NCBI RefSeq assembly: GCF_030253515.1
Contig: NZ_CP124549.1
Coordinates: 750,001-782,000 of the forward strand
Source of the DNA: Candidatus Nanosynbacter lyticus
Lineage (GTDB): Bacteria; Patescibacteriota; Saccharimonadia; Saccharimonadales; Saccharimonadaceae
DNA: 32,000 nucleotides
Reading direction: 5' to 3'
Under the pieces are notes generated by a model. That model worked only from the letters and a program-made list of their open reading frames with translations, was not told the DNA's origin and made no database searches. The position numbers were made by a program, and so were the translations under genes. Shown piece by piece: positions 17,658-27,131 of this stretch; position 1 is the stretch's first letter; the number at the start of each line of letters is the position of its first letter.

Positions 17658-20600
17658 TTAATCGAGCAAGCTCGCTCCGCCGCCAGCGTCATACGCCGCG
17701 CGTTTTTGACTCCACTCATTGCCATAGCGCTTGGCCTGTTCTAATACCATGTCAGTTGCCAATGCCTGTTGATCTGGCGGATAGCCATATTTTGCCAAAG
17801 TTTTCTTAACGTTAACTTTCAGTTTTGCCTGAACATTCCTGCGCTCGGCCCAGTCAATCGTGGCATCACGACGCACCTGCTCTAACAATACTTTTGCGAT
17901 ATCACGAAGTTGCGCGTCACCCAGCACCTCACGAGCACTACCATTTTCAACCAGCGCATCGTAAAATATAATCTCATCCTCGCTTAGACCATCAACCGTT
18001 CCGTTCTCGACAGTCTGGCGAATTTTCTGTCCAATGTTGATCAACTCTTCGATCACCTGCGCCGCCTCAATCGTCCCGTTTCTATAGCGCGTCACGGCTT
18101 GATTGAGCAAGTCAGAGAACTTCGTATCCTTGGCATAATTTCTCGAAAATCGTAGTTTAATTTCATCAGCGAGCAGCTTTTGCAGAGCTTCCACTGCCAA
18201 ATTCTTGCGCTCCATGTTACGAATTTCTGCCAGGAACTCATCGCTCAAAATTGACAGTTCCGGCTTTTCTAATCCCGCCGCCTCAAACACATCAACCACA
18301 CCAACTGGCGCAATTGCTTTATCAACAATTTGTTTCAGCGCACTGCGATACTCGGCATCAGTCACCACCACCGAGCTGGACACTTTCTCCAGCCGAGCTT
18401 TCACCGCCTGAAACAGCGCCACTTCCTCGCGAATTTTCAATGCCTCAGGTCTCGGCATAACCAGTGCAAAGGCTTTACTCAGTTCCAAAACGTGCTGCTT
18501 CAACCGCTTCGCACCGTCTTCCAACCCTAAAATATATTCCTCTGCATCCAAAATAATTTGCAGCTGTTGGTCGGTCGGTGCGGTAAAATATCGCTGATAA
18601 TCAAAGCTACCAAATAAATCGCGCACCACTTCATAGCGCATCTGCATCTGCGCCACCGCCTCAGTAATATCAAGCTGTGGTGCGCCCTGCCCACCGCTTT
18701 GCGTATAGTCAGAGATAGCATCGCGCAGCGCCCCTGCCACACCCAGATAGTCAACCACCAAACCACCAGTTTTACCCGGAAACACTCGGTTGACTCGTGC
18801 AATTGCCTGCATCAAATTATGGCCCTTCAACGGTTTATCCAGGTACATGGTGTGCATATTCGGCACATCAAATCCCGTCAGCCACATGTCGCACACAATC
18901 ACCAATTCAAGCGGATCATTTGGATCTTTGATACGCTTTTCGATCGCCTTTACCCGTTGTTTATTACGAATATGCGGCTGCAAATAGTCAGGGTCGCTGG
19001 CACTACCGGTAATAATCACCTTTATCACACCACGTGCGTCATCATTACTGTGCCAATCCGGCCGATACGCCACAATTTTTTCATACAAATCAGCCGCAAT
19101 ACCGCGACTCATCGTCACGATCATACCTTTACCGCTCAGCACACTTTGCCGAGCCTCAAAGTGCTCAATGATATCCAAGGCGATAGTATTCAGCCGCTCG
19201 CTATTACCGACGATAGCTTCTTTTTGTGCATACTCGGCCTTCAGTGCATCCTGACGGCTCAATTCTTCGCCCTCCAGCAAATCATCAACTTCCTTATCCA
19301 GCCACTGTCGCGTTGCCTCGTCCATATTCAAATCAACCAGCCGACTCTCGTAATAAATCGGCACCGTTGCACCATCTTTCACCGCCTGCTCGACATCATA
19401 AATATCGATATAGTCGCCAAACACCGCCGGCGTTGACTTATCATCCGTTTCAATCGGCGTACCCGTAAAGCCAATATAACTCGCACCCGGCAAAGCGTCG
19501 CGCATATACTTGGCATAACCATACACCAGCTGGGCGTCACTGGCTCGAACATGCGCCTTCAAACCGTATTGGCTACGATGCGCCTCATCTGCCATCACGA
19601 TGACATTGCGTCGATCAGTCAGGACTGGCAGACTGTCCTCCTCATCCTCAGGCGAGAATTTTTGGATTGTCGTAAAGATAATTCCGCCCGCTTCGCGCTG
19701 CAACAGTTTCCTAAGTTCACTGCGTGAATCAGCTTGTTTCGGATCTTCTCCTAATAGCTCGCGACAGGCGCTAAACGTACCGAATAATTGACCATCAAGA
19801 TCATTACGATCCGTCACCACCACGATGGTTGGGTTATGCAAATCGCGCGACTTCATCAGCTTGCCAGTATAAAACACCATACTCAAGCTCTTGCCCGACC
19901 CTTGCGTATGCCAAACCACGCCAGCCCGTTGGTCACCGCGTTCACTACTAGCTGCCAGCGTCCGATCAAGTGCCTTATTCACCACCCAATATTGATGATA
20001 AGCGGCAACTTTTTTGATTAATTTATCGCCATCACCTCGCTCAAATACGATAAAATTCTGCACTATATCCAGCAAGCGCTCAGGCGTACACGCACCGCGC
20101 AGCAACACCTCCAACATCGGCACATTGCCAACTTCTTTCTCGCCATCAATCGTCTTCCACGGCATCATTCGTTCCAGCGGGCTGGTGATCGTGCCCATTT
20201 CTGCCTCTAGTCCATCACTGGTGACACACAGCTCATTAAACCGAAATAGGTCACTAATCTCACGCTTGTACGTCTGGATTTGCTGATACGCCGCTATCAA
20301 ATCCGCCTTCGTATCGGCCGCATTTTTTAGTTCAATCACCACCAGTGGCAAGCCATTCACAAACAGCACAATATCCGGCCGGCGATTATAGTCGCCCTGC
20401 AGAACCGTCAGCTGATTGACCGCCGCAAAATCATTGTTTTTTGGCGAGGTAAAATCAACCACCCGCACGATATCATGTTTCACTTCGCCACTTGGCATGC
20501 GATATTGCACCGGCACGCCTGCTACCAGCAATTGATGAAAATCGTGATTATTCTCGATCAAGCTTGGTTTACTAATCTGCGTCAAACGCCGCATCGCTTC

Positions 20601-20792
20601 ATTCAAGGCCGGTTCTGGAATGTGCGGATTGAGCCGCGCCAAAGCACTTCGCAGCCGCTCCAGCAACACCACCTGCCGCAGCTCACGCTCAGCCACAGCA
20701 CCATCAGGACCAATGTCCGGTCCATGCAGAATCTGCCAGCCGAGATCAGCCAGGATATCAAGCGCGTATTGTTCGATTTGGGATTCAGTCAT
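17658..20792 (-). CDS. hsdR: type I restriction enzyme R subunit
   Basis: N-terminal PD-(D/E)xK (PDIVLFVNGLPLVVIELKN), helicase motif I TQGSGKS, motif II DEAHRSQ, motif VI QAIARVNR, 1044 aa. Confidence 0.95.
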   Translation of the reverse strand: MTESQIEQYALDILADLGWQILHGPDIGPDGAVAERELRQVVLLERLRSALARLNPHIPEPALNEAMRRLTQISKPSLIENNHDFHQLLVAGVPVQYRMPSGEVKHDIVRVVDFTSPKNNDFAAVNQLTVLQGDYNRRPDIVLFVNGLPLVVIELKNAADTKADLIAAYQQIQTYKREISDLFRFNELCVTSDGLEAEMGTITSPLERMMPWKTIDGEKEVGNVPMLEVLLRGACTPERLLDIVQNFIVFERGDGDKLIKKVAAYHQYWVVNKALDRTLAASSERGDQRAGVVWHTQGSGKSLSMVFYTGKLMKSRDLHNPTIVVVTDRNDLDGQLFGTFSACRELLGEDPKQADSRSELRKLLQREAGGIIFTTIQKFSPEDEEDSLPVLTDRRNVIVMADEAHRSQYGLKAHVRASDAQLVYGYAKYMRDALPGASYIGFTGTPIETDDKSTPAVFGDYIDIYDVEQAVKDGATVPIYYESRLVDLNMDEATRQWLDKEVDDLLEGEELSRQDALKAEYAQKEAIVGNSERLNTIALDIIEHFEARQSVLSGKGMIVTMSRGIAADLYEKIVAYRPDWHSNDDARGVIKVIITGSASDPDYLQPHIRNKQRVKAIEKRIKDPNDPLELVIVCDMWLTGFDVPNMHTMYLDKPLKGHNLMQAIARVNRVFPGKTGGLVVDYLGVAGALRDAISDYTQSGGQGAPQLDITEAVAQMQMRYEVVRDLFGSFDYQRYFTAPTDQQLQIILDAEEYILGLEDGAKRLKQHVLELSKAFALVMPRPEALKIREEVALFQAVKARLEKVSSSVVVTDAEYRSALKQIVDKAIAPVGVVDVFEAAGLEKPELSILSDEFLAEIRNMERKNLAVEALQKLLADEIKLRFSRNYAKDTKFSDLLNQAVTRYRNGTIEAAQVIEELINIGQKIRQTVENGTVDGLSEDEIIFYDALVENGSAREVLGDAQLRDIAKVLLEQVRRDATIDWAERRNVQAKLKVNVKKTLAKYGYPPDQQALATDMVLEQAKRYGNEWSQKRAAYDAGGGASLLD

Positions 20793-20796
20793 ATTT

Positions 20797-22398
20797 CTAT
20801 CCTTTACTTTTCTGGATTTTTATCAACCTTACCTTGCCAATGCCATAAAGCTCGAGACTTCTCTTAACGTTCTTAAGGGCGACCTTACTAAAGAAAGGTA
20901 TGTTTAGCTTGTTAGATGATTCACTAATAATACTAAATATTACCTCATATTTCCGTGCGTCTGGCTTCTGCCCTACGGGGACAAATTGCTCCGAAGGCGG
21001 TAGTATATCATTTACTGATTTCCTGAAATTTTCATCACTAAGCATGAGCTGCGCAGACACAAGCCCTTGATTGAATAAATGACTTAAAACAGACGATCCG
21101 CCGTACTTTTTTACATGGTATAAACGAGAACTATTGTAATCAAATAGATCACAAAACTCTATCTTACTATGTCCACCTCCATACGGTATATTTTTTGCAT
21201 CCATAAGCGTCAACCCATTAATACGTGCTACTCTTTCGTTGTACGAATTTTCAGAAGAATCCTCTATTGCAAAGGGCGGCAAAATTTCCTCTTCCTCCAC
21301 TATTGATAAATATTCTTGATTAATAAGTTTAGCAAAGTTTGTTTCAACACAATACCACTTTGAATTATTAAGTATATAAATCCCGTTATGCTCATCCCTT
21401 ACCTCAGCATAGACGCAAGACCAAGCTGACCATCTCCTAAACTCCTGGTTATTACTATCGTTGAGTGCGGCAATTTTCTGCTTTTTTAGAGTATCAAGGT
21501 CAACTTCTTTGCCACGACTATGCAAACTATCAAGTAGATTATCTAGATCTAAATCATCGCCAAAAGAATTCACATCTCCAATAAATAAAAACCCTTTGAC
21601 ATCACTCCAATCAATAATTTCAGGGATCGCTAGCCATACAGTGCCATGCTCTTCAGAGTTTAGCTTACTAATTAAAATATCATTTAAAGAGCTAACTTTT
21701 ATAGGGTCTTTTACTTCGGCTACTTGATCAATCCAATCGAAATTATCTTTATAGACACTGAGCTTTGAAGCAAGAAAATAAGCACGAAGTTTATCGTTAA
21801 GGTTAGATATATTAACTCTAGCTGATATATGAAGAGAATCTTTACCCGTTATTATTGACCCGTAGTCTTGATTTAAGCATTTTCCAGTAACTGCGCGTAC
21901 TAAATCCTGCTCTATATCTATACCAAAATCTGCTGCCTCACTAGCAACAATAACCTGCTCTCGGGCCTGTTTTGGAAATAACCCCACACTACTCTTGTCA
22001 ATACTGCGAATAGAGTCAGCTTTTATTAAGTTTAATGTGGTCATTAGACCAAACCTCTCTTCATAGCAACCCGGCTTTAACAACTGCCAACCTCCCAATC
22101 CAAATGCTACCGCAAACTTACGATATTGTGCTGTTTGAATTTTTACATTTACAATTAAAACAGCACTAACGTATGCCGTATAAAGATCAAAATCCAGATT
22201 ATCAGCAATCTCCCTGCCAAAAAAGTCATAAAGCCAACTGGGTGGCTTAGGCCTAGAATTACTATAGTAAAGCGTAGCATCGTCATCGATAGATATATTT
22301 TTAATTGACGACGGATCGTCAAAGATGTCTGCTATATCTTCAATTCCGTCCTTTATAAGATATACTGATAGTTTGTTCGTTTTTAGTTCTGCTGTCAT
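20797..22398 (-). CDS. uncharacterised 533-aa protein, resembles the TIGR04141/DUF6119 'sporadically distributed' family (from memory, unverified)
   Basis: Long AT-rich ORF coupled to hsdS by an ATGA overlap and ending 4 nt before the hsdR ATG. Features seen: N-terminal KLSVYLIK, DSL.I, F.WID, and C-terminal IEFCDL-x10-YHVKKYGGSSVLSHLFNQG. Confidence 0.85.
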   Translation of the reverse strand: MTAELKTNKLSVYLIKDGIEDIADIFDDPSSIKNISIDDDATLYYSNSRPKPPSWLYDFFGREIADNLDFDLYTAYVSAVLIVNVKIQTAQYRKFAVAFGLGGWQLLKPGCYEERFGLMTTLNLIKADSIRSIDKSSVGLFPKQAREQVIVASEAADFGIDIEQDLVRAVTGKCLNQDYGSIITGKDSLHISARVNISNLNDKLRAYFLASKLSVYKDNFDWIDQVAEVKDPIKVSSLNDILISKLNSEEHGTVWLAIPEIIDWSDVKGFLFIGDVNSFGDDLDLDNLLDSLHSRGKEVDLDTLKKQKIAALNDSNNQEFRRWSAWSCVYAEVRDEHNGIYILNNSKWYCVETNFAKLINQEYLSIVEEEEILPPFAIEDSSENSYNERVARINGLTLMDAKNIPYGGGHSKIEFCDLFDYNSSRLYHVKKYGGSSVLSHLFNQGLVSAQLMLSDENFRKSVNDILPPSEQFVPVGQKPDARKYEVIFSIISESSNKLNIPFFSKVALKNVKRSLELYGIGKVRLIKIQKSKG

Positions 22399-23561
22399 AC
22401 TTCAATCTCTCCAGAAATTAGTTTTAGTAAAAGTGCGTCACGAATATTCACGAGAGAATTAGTCTCAAATAAATTAGTTTTTATTTGGTCAATTACTGAC
22501 GTAAATTCTGATGTCATCTCTTCAATATTTGGCGGCACTATAACCTCAGCCTGTTTTAGATGCTTTCGTTGAATATGACCCATAGTTGTAGCTTTTGATT
22601 TAGCAATTAATATAAACTGATCTAGGTGATATTTTGTCCAATAGTAATATAGCCATTCAGGATATTTATCTGAGGTGACTTTAAACAGGTGTTGATTAAG
22701 CGCACCATCTCCACCACTCCAAAACCTAACCATCAACGTACCAGACCACGAGAACAACAAATCACCATCGCGTATGATATACTCTTCCGGAATATTAGCA
22801 CTGGCGATATCAGTAGAGTCCGTTATTCCACTGGACATCTCTCGAATTTTTATTACAGGAAGAGTTGGTTGTCCATTGATTTTTGGATATTTTTGCATAG
22901 CTAAACCATTCAAGAAATTAGCTATTTCATCAAGTGGTTTTTTATCCCAGCTCCTCGCCTCAGGATTATCAACAAAATAATGGCGAAATAGGGTTTGGCC
23001 GAGCTGCTCGAGGGTTTCGTTCATGCGGCGGTTGAGCTCGATTTTTTCATCAAGGCTGCTGAGGATATCGGCAATTTTCTTTTGTTGGTAGAGTGGCGGC
23101 AGATTAAGTTCCATATTAGGCACCGCTTTGACCGATAAGTGCATTACCGTACTTCCATTACTATGTGCTAGCATATACTCTCGAGCAATTGGAGACTTTA
23201 GATAATAAAAAAGGTACCTAGGATCGACGACTTCTGTATCTGTCGCTATTATTTTTGACAGATCCAACGAAAAACAAGCACTTCTGCCTATATTCGGCAT
23301 AATTATAGGACTACCAATGATTTCACGATTCTGGGTAAGATCTGTGTTTGCTATCAGGATGTCGCCAGGCTCAACATATTGCGATGGCTTTATTTGTCCT
23401 GCGTAATATTTTATGCCATCAGCATTATATCCCCCGCCCCTAGCAACAGACTTTAGGTTAACAAAAGCAATTCCATTTTCTGAATTAGAATAATCGGCAC
23501 TTCTATATGAAATACCTTTGATAATCTCTGCAACCTCACCAAGTAGGATCATTTTTGTCAT
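22395..23561 (-). CDS. hsdS: type I R-M specificity subunit (two TRDs)
   Basis: 388 aa with two TRD-like halves, separated by a central conserved helix (PPLYQQKKIADILSSLDEKIELNRRMNETLEQLGQTLF) and ending in a second helix (LVNIRDALLLKLISGEI). Confidence 0.92.
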   Translation of the reverse strand: MTKMILLGEVAEIIKGISYRSADYSNSENGIAFVNLKSVARGGGYNADGIKYYAGQIKPSQYVEPGDILIANTDLTQNREIIGSPIIMPNIGRSACFSLDLSKIIATDTEVVDPRYLFYYLKSPIAREYMLAHSNGSTVMHLSVKAVPNMELNLPPLYQQKKIADILSSLDEKIELNRRMNETLEQLGQTLFRHYFVDNPEARSWDKKPLDEIANFLNGLAMQKYPKINGQPTLPVIKIREMSSGITDSTDIASANIPEEYIIRDGDLLFSWSGTLMVRFWSGGDGALNQHLFKVTSDKYPEWLYYYWTKYHLDQFILIAKSKATTMGHIQRKHLKQAEVIVPPNIEEMTSEFTSVIDQIKTNLFETNSLVNIRDALLLKLISGEIEV

Positions 23562-25615
23562 TTTTTTATTGCCCTTTCGGTAGCCTCGTCCGCGTTCGCA
23601 TAATCAGACGCGAGTCTGTCGCGTTCAGTTTTTAATTTATCTTCAAGAAAGTTATGCCTACACTCAACGTCTGCAAATATATCACTCCACTTTCTGACGT
23701 AGATTTTACAATTATCCTTTGAAAATATTAACCCTTTTTCTTTTTCCCCATGCCCTTTATTGGTGTCGATTTCACCCTCTATATAGCCTGATGTATCATA
23801 TCTATTACCAATAAGCATAAAATCCCAGTAAGTATTATCACCATTAAATCGAGGATCTGAGAATATTGTTCGCTGATATCTCTTAATTTGAGACACTTCG
23901 TCCTCTCCAAGCAAAACAGAAGGTCTCTTAAGCTCTATTACTAAATTATTGATTCGGTTATTCTCAAGACTTTGTCTACACAAGAATAAGTCCATCTCCT
24001 TATTTTTATCTGGTGATTCCATACTCACGCTTTGTTTTTTGCCACCATGCAATATATATAGATATTCTGACAATGCTTTTTCAAACTTAACTTCAGTACT
24101 GGAAACAAGGTTATATTCCTCTCCAAAAACCCAAAAATTATGATCCAAAACTCTTTGTACATGATCAACCTCGCGAGAATTGAAGTCGTTACTAAAAACT
24201 ATCGCTTTTAGAGCATCAATTGTAACATAACGATCTTGGATCATCTTAATGGTTTGAATTATGGCATCTAATTTATTCACCTTTAATAGATCCGCTAATT
24301 GCTTCTGCTCTTGAGCGTCAAGCCGCACAACAGCATCAATTATAGTGTACACTTGATCACGCTGGTTCGAGTCCAGAAGTGCGTTCAGAAGGTGTACAAA
24401 AGTCTTTTTCTGCTCTATATTTGAAGCACTTTCACCAAATATTTTTGGCTGGATCTGATAAATACCTTTTATAAGAGCTTTTAGTTCGTTATTGCGGGGA
24501 ATTTCCCAGCTATTATTGACCTCAGGGATGACATTATCTTTTTCATACCGATCAACGAGATCATCTGCCATCTTTTGGAGATGAGGACTACGCATACGAC
24601 GCAGGTATTCATTCATCTCGGAAATGACATATTTAAATTCTTCGTCTTGCTTACTATTAAACTTTTGCTCTTTATTTTGTAGAGGGCTTTGGTCATGACT
24701 GATTTTATCCTCGTATGAGAACATGTCAAAATAATCACTTTTTATATATACACTGTGATAAAATTTATCGCCTTTATTGTTCAGTAGGGTTGTAGATTTA
24801 TAGTTCTCCTTGCCAGTTGAATCTATTAGATAATATCGCGAGAATTCTTTATTTAGTTTTTTCTTCCACTGAATATACTTAACATCAAAGCGAGTTGATG
24901 TTGCATCGTGAATAATCTTCTCATCCCTTTCATCAGCTATCATTTCTCTATAGTCAATAGGGCTACCATTAATAGATATAGAGAACATCTTATCTTTGAA
25001 CAATCCTAAAAACCAACAGAATTCCTGTAACAGGTATTGTTTTACGGTAGTCTCAATGTTACCCGAAGACAGCTCGCGTATCCCCTCAAATGTAACCTTT
25101 GTTGACGTCCCCTGCTCATATGGTATTTCAGAAACAGGCGAATGAGCACCCGTATAACTATGCAAATCATCAGACTTGATTTCTATATCATATTTATAAA
25201 GCTTACTGCTTTTTTCATATACCGTTGTCCATCGTGCAATATTTGCAAACGTAAAAAAAGTAAGTCGACCCACTCCATTTTTGCCATGCACCAAAGAATG
25301 ATGCCTGGAGTCTGTCTTATTTAGCGCCTTTTCCGATTCATGAAAAGGCTTAAACTTCACAGACAATAAACCCTGAGGTATTCCACTTCCATTATCTGCT
25401 ATAGTAATACTTCTTAACGATCCTAACTCATTTTCTTCGTAGCTAATGTCTATACTAGTTGCACCTGCGTCAAATCCATTCCAAATATATTCGGCGATTG
25501 ATTCCTGTGGCGAATAAGCACTTAATATAGATTTAACTCCGTCTCCACCAAGCTGAATCTCGTCCGAAACAATTGCTTCTGCTAGACTATCTTTTAATAC
25601 TGTACTGTTAGTCAT
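23558..25615 (-). CDS. GHKL-type ATPase fused to a C-terminal PD-(D/E)xK (Shedu/DUF4263-like) nuclease domain
   Basis: N-box [16 protein letters not shown]1 box DNGSGI, G2-like [12 protein letters not shown]-terminus: FWVFGEEY, then D542 (MDLFLCR), then E561-x-K563 (VIELKRP), then QIKRYQ. 8-nt overlap with hsdM and ATGA overlap with hsdS. Confidence 0.85.
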   Translation of the reverse strand: MTNSTVLKDSLAEAIVSDEIQLGGDGVKSILSAYSPQESIAEYIWNGFDAGATSIDISYEENELGSLRSITIADNGSGIPQGLLSVKFKPFHESEKALNKTDSRHHSLVHGKNGVGRLTFFTFANIARWTTVYEKSSKLYKYDIEIKSDDLHSYTGAHSPVSEIPYEQGTSTKVTFEGIRELSSGNIETTVKQYLLQEFCWFLGLFKDKMFSISINGSPIDYREMIADERDEKIIHDATSTRFDVKYIQWKKKLNKEFSRYYLIDSTGKENYKSTTLLNNKGDKFYHSVYIKSDYFDMFSYEDKISHDQSPLQNKEQKFNSKQDEEFKYVISEMNEYLRRMRSPHLQKMADDLVDRYEKDNVIPEVNNSWEIPRNNELKALIKGIYQIQPKIFGESASNIEQKKTFVHLLNALLDSNQRDQVYTIIDAVVRLDAQEQKQLADLLKVNKLDAIIQTIKMIQDRYVTIDALKAIVFSNDFNSREVDHVQRVLDHNFWVFGEEYNLVSSTEVKFEKALSEYLYILHGGKKQSVSMESPDKNKEMDLFLCRQSLENNRINNLVIELKRPSVLLGEDEVSQIKRYQRTIFSDPRFNGDNTYWDFMLIGNRYDTSGYIEGEIDTNKGHGEKEKGLIFSKDNCKIYVRKWSDIFADVECRHNFLEDKLKTERDRLASDYANADEATERAIKK

Positions 25616-27101
25616 TTTTATATGATTCTTTTATTCTTTTTAGGTTTATAGAGATAGATTTTTCTAGCTCGCGGCTCCTCGCAAACTGCCCTTCAAGCTC
25701 GGCTGTCAACCTAGCAAATTTCTCGGCAAACGGCTCATCGTCTTCCTCGGCCTCTTCAACACCAACGTAACGACCGGGTGTCAACACATATTCATGCTGC
25801 TTGATTTCTTCTAGATTAGCGACTTTACAGAAACCCGGCTGGTCAGTGTAATCCGCACTGGCGGTTTTATAATCATGATATGTCTTCGCCACCCGAGCAA
25901 TGTCTTCTGCGGTTAGTTCACGGTTACGACGGGTGACCATCTTGCCCAAATTACGCCCATCGATGAACAGCACTTTGCCGTGGCGGTTCGCCCGGTTGCG
26001 CGACACAAACCACAGACAGCATGGTATAGCGACATTAAAAAACAACTGACTCGGCAATGTGACGATAGTGTCAACCATATTATTGAGTATTAATTGCTTG
26101 CGAATATCACCTTCGCCACCGGTTTGGCTACTCATGCTCCCATTTGCCAACACAAAGCCTGCCGTACCGCGCGGGCTCAAATGGTAAATCATGTGTTGAA
26201 TCCAGGCAAAGTTAGCATTACCCTTTGGCGGTAGACCATATTTCCAGCGCGGGTCAGCCTGCAAGTGTTCTTGACCCCAATCGCTAATGTTAAACGGCGG
26301 ATTGGCCAAGATATAATCAGCTTTCAGGTCGAGAAGCTGGTCATCCACCAGGGTGTCGCCGCGTTTGATATTCGCGTCAATTCCCCGAATTGCCATATTC
26401 ATTTTAGCGAGTCGCCAAGTCGTTTCGTTCAGTTCCTGGCCATACACCGCGATATCGCTAACGCGGCCTGCGTGCTCCTCGACAAACTTCTCACTCCAGA
26501 CGAACATACCGCCGCTACCGCAACACGGGTCATACACACGCCCGCTGTATGGCTCAAGCATTTCTACCAGCAGCTTAACGATGGAGCGCGGCGTGTAGAA
26601 TTCACCGCCATGCTTACCCTCACTATCAGCAAACATACCCATAAAGTATTCGTAGACTTGACCAAGCAAATCTTTGGAACTGGCAGTATCAAATTTGATA
26701 TTTGTAAATAAATCGATGAGTTCACCCAAGCGACGCTTATCTAGAGCTTCACGAGCATAATTTTTCGGCAAAACACCCTTCAAACTTGGATTGTCGCGTT
26801 CAATTGCCTCCATGGCGCTGTCAACTAGTACGCCAATTTCTGGCTGCTTGGCACTCGCCACCAGGTGCTCCCAACGAGCCTCCTTGGGAATCCAAAAAAC
26901 ATTCTCCGCCAAATACCAATCCCGGTCCTCAGGATCATAATTCTCATCAATCGCTGCCTGATATCGCACCGAAAACGCATCTGAAACATATTTTAGAAAA
27001 ATCAGCCCCAACACGACATATTTATAATCCGACGAGCTGATGTTGCCCCGTAATTTATCCGCCGTAGCCCATAGCTGCCTTTCAAGATCCCTCATATTCA
27101 T
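25608..27101 (-). CDS. hsdM: type I R-M N6-adenine DNA methyltransferase subunit
   Basis: HsdM_N-type start ([10 protein letters not shown]), motif [11 protein letters not shown], motif IV NPPF. Confidence 0.95.
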   Translation of the reverse strand: MNMRDLERQLWATADKLRGNISSSDYKYVVLGLIFLKYVSDAFSVRYQAAIDENYDPEDRDWYLAENVFWIPKEARWEHLVASAKQPEIGVLVDSAMEAIERDNPSLKGVLPKNYAREALDKRRLGELIDLFTNIKFDTASSKDLLGQVYEYFMGMFADSEGKHGGEFYTPRSIVKLLVEMLEPYSGRVYDPCCGSGGMFVWSEKFVEEHAGRVSDIAVYGQELNETTWRLAKMNMAIRGIDANIKRGDTLVDDQLLDLKADYILANPPFNISDWGQEHLQADPRWKYGLPPKGNANFAWIQHMIYHLSPRGTAGFVLANGSMSSQTGGEGDIRKQLILNNMVDTIVTLPSQLFFNVAIPCCLWFVSRNRANRHGKVLFIDGRNLGKMVTRRNRELTAEDIARVAKTYHDYKTASADYTDQPGFCKVANLEEIKQHEYVLTPGRYVGVEEAEEDDEPFAEKFARLTAELEGQFARSRELEKSISINLKRIKESYKND

Positions 27102-27108
27102 ACGTGTA

Positions 27109-27117
27109 ATTATATCA
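27109..27117 (-). promoter_or_regulatory. extended -10 promoter TGaTATAAT, 7 nt upstream of the hsdM ATG
   Basis: The minus strand reads cTGATATAATtacacgtATG. A perfect TGnTATAAT with no SD, giving leaderless geometry. Confidence 0.55.
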
Positions 27118-27131
27118 GATTCGGGGGTCGT

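Noticed and set aside
18699-19436. 245-aa ORF antisense to hsdR, plus several smaller ones between 18205 and 20907
   Set aside because: These are shadow ORFs within hsdR, with H/R/I/T-rich low-information sequence and no start signals.
22395-23561. Possible phase-variable hsdS shufflon (extra half-hsdS copies, inverted repeats, recombinase)
   Set aside because: There is only one hsdS. I saw no second TRD cassette, no long inverted repeats and no recombinase gene anywhere in the window.
26265-26711. 148-aa ORF antisense to hsdM
   Set aside because: Shadow ORF inside a gene that carries canonical methyltransferase motifs.
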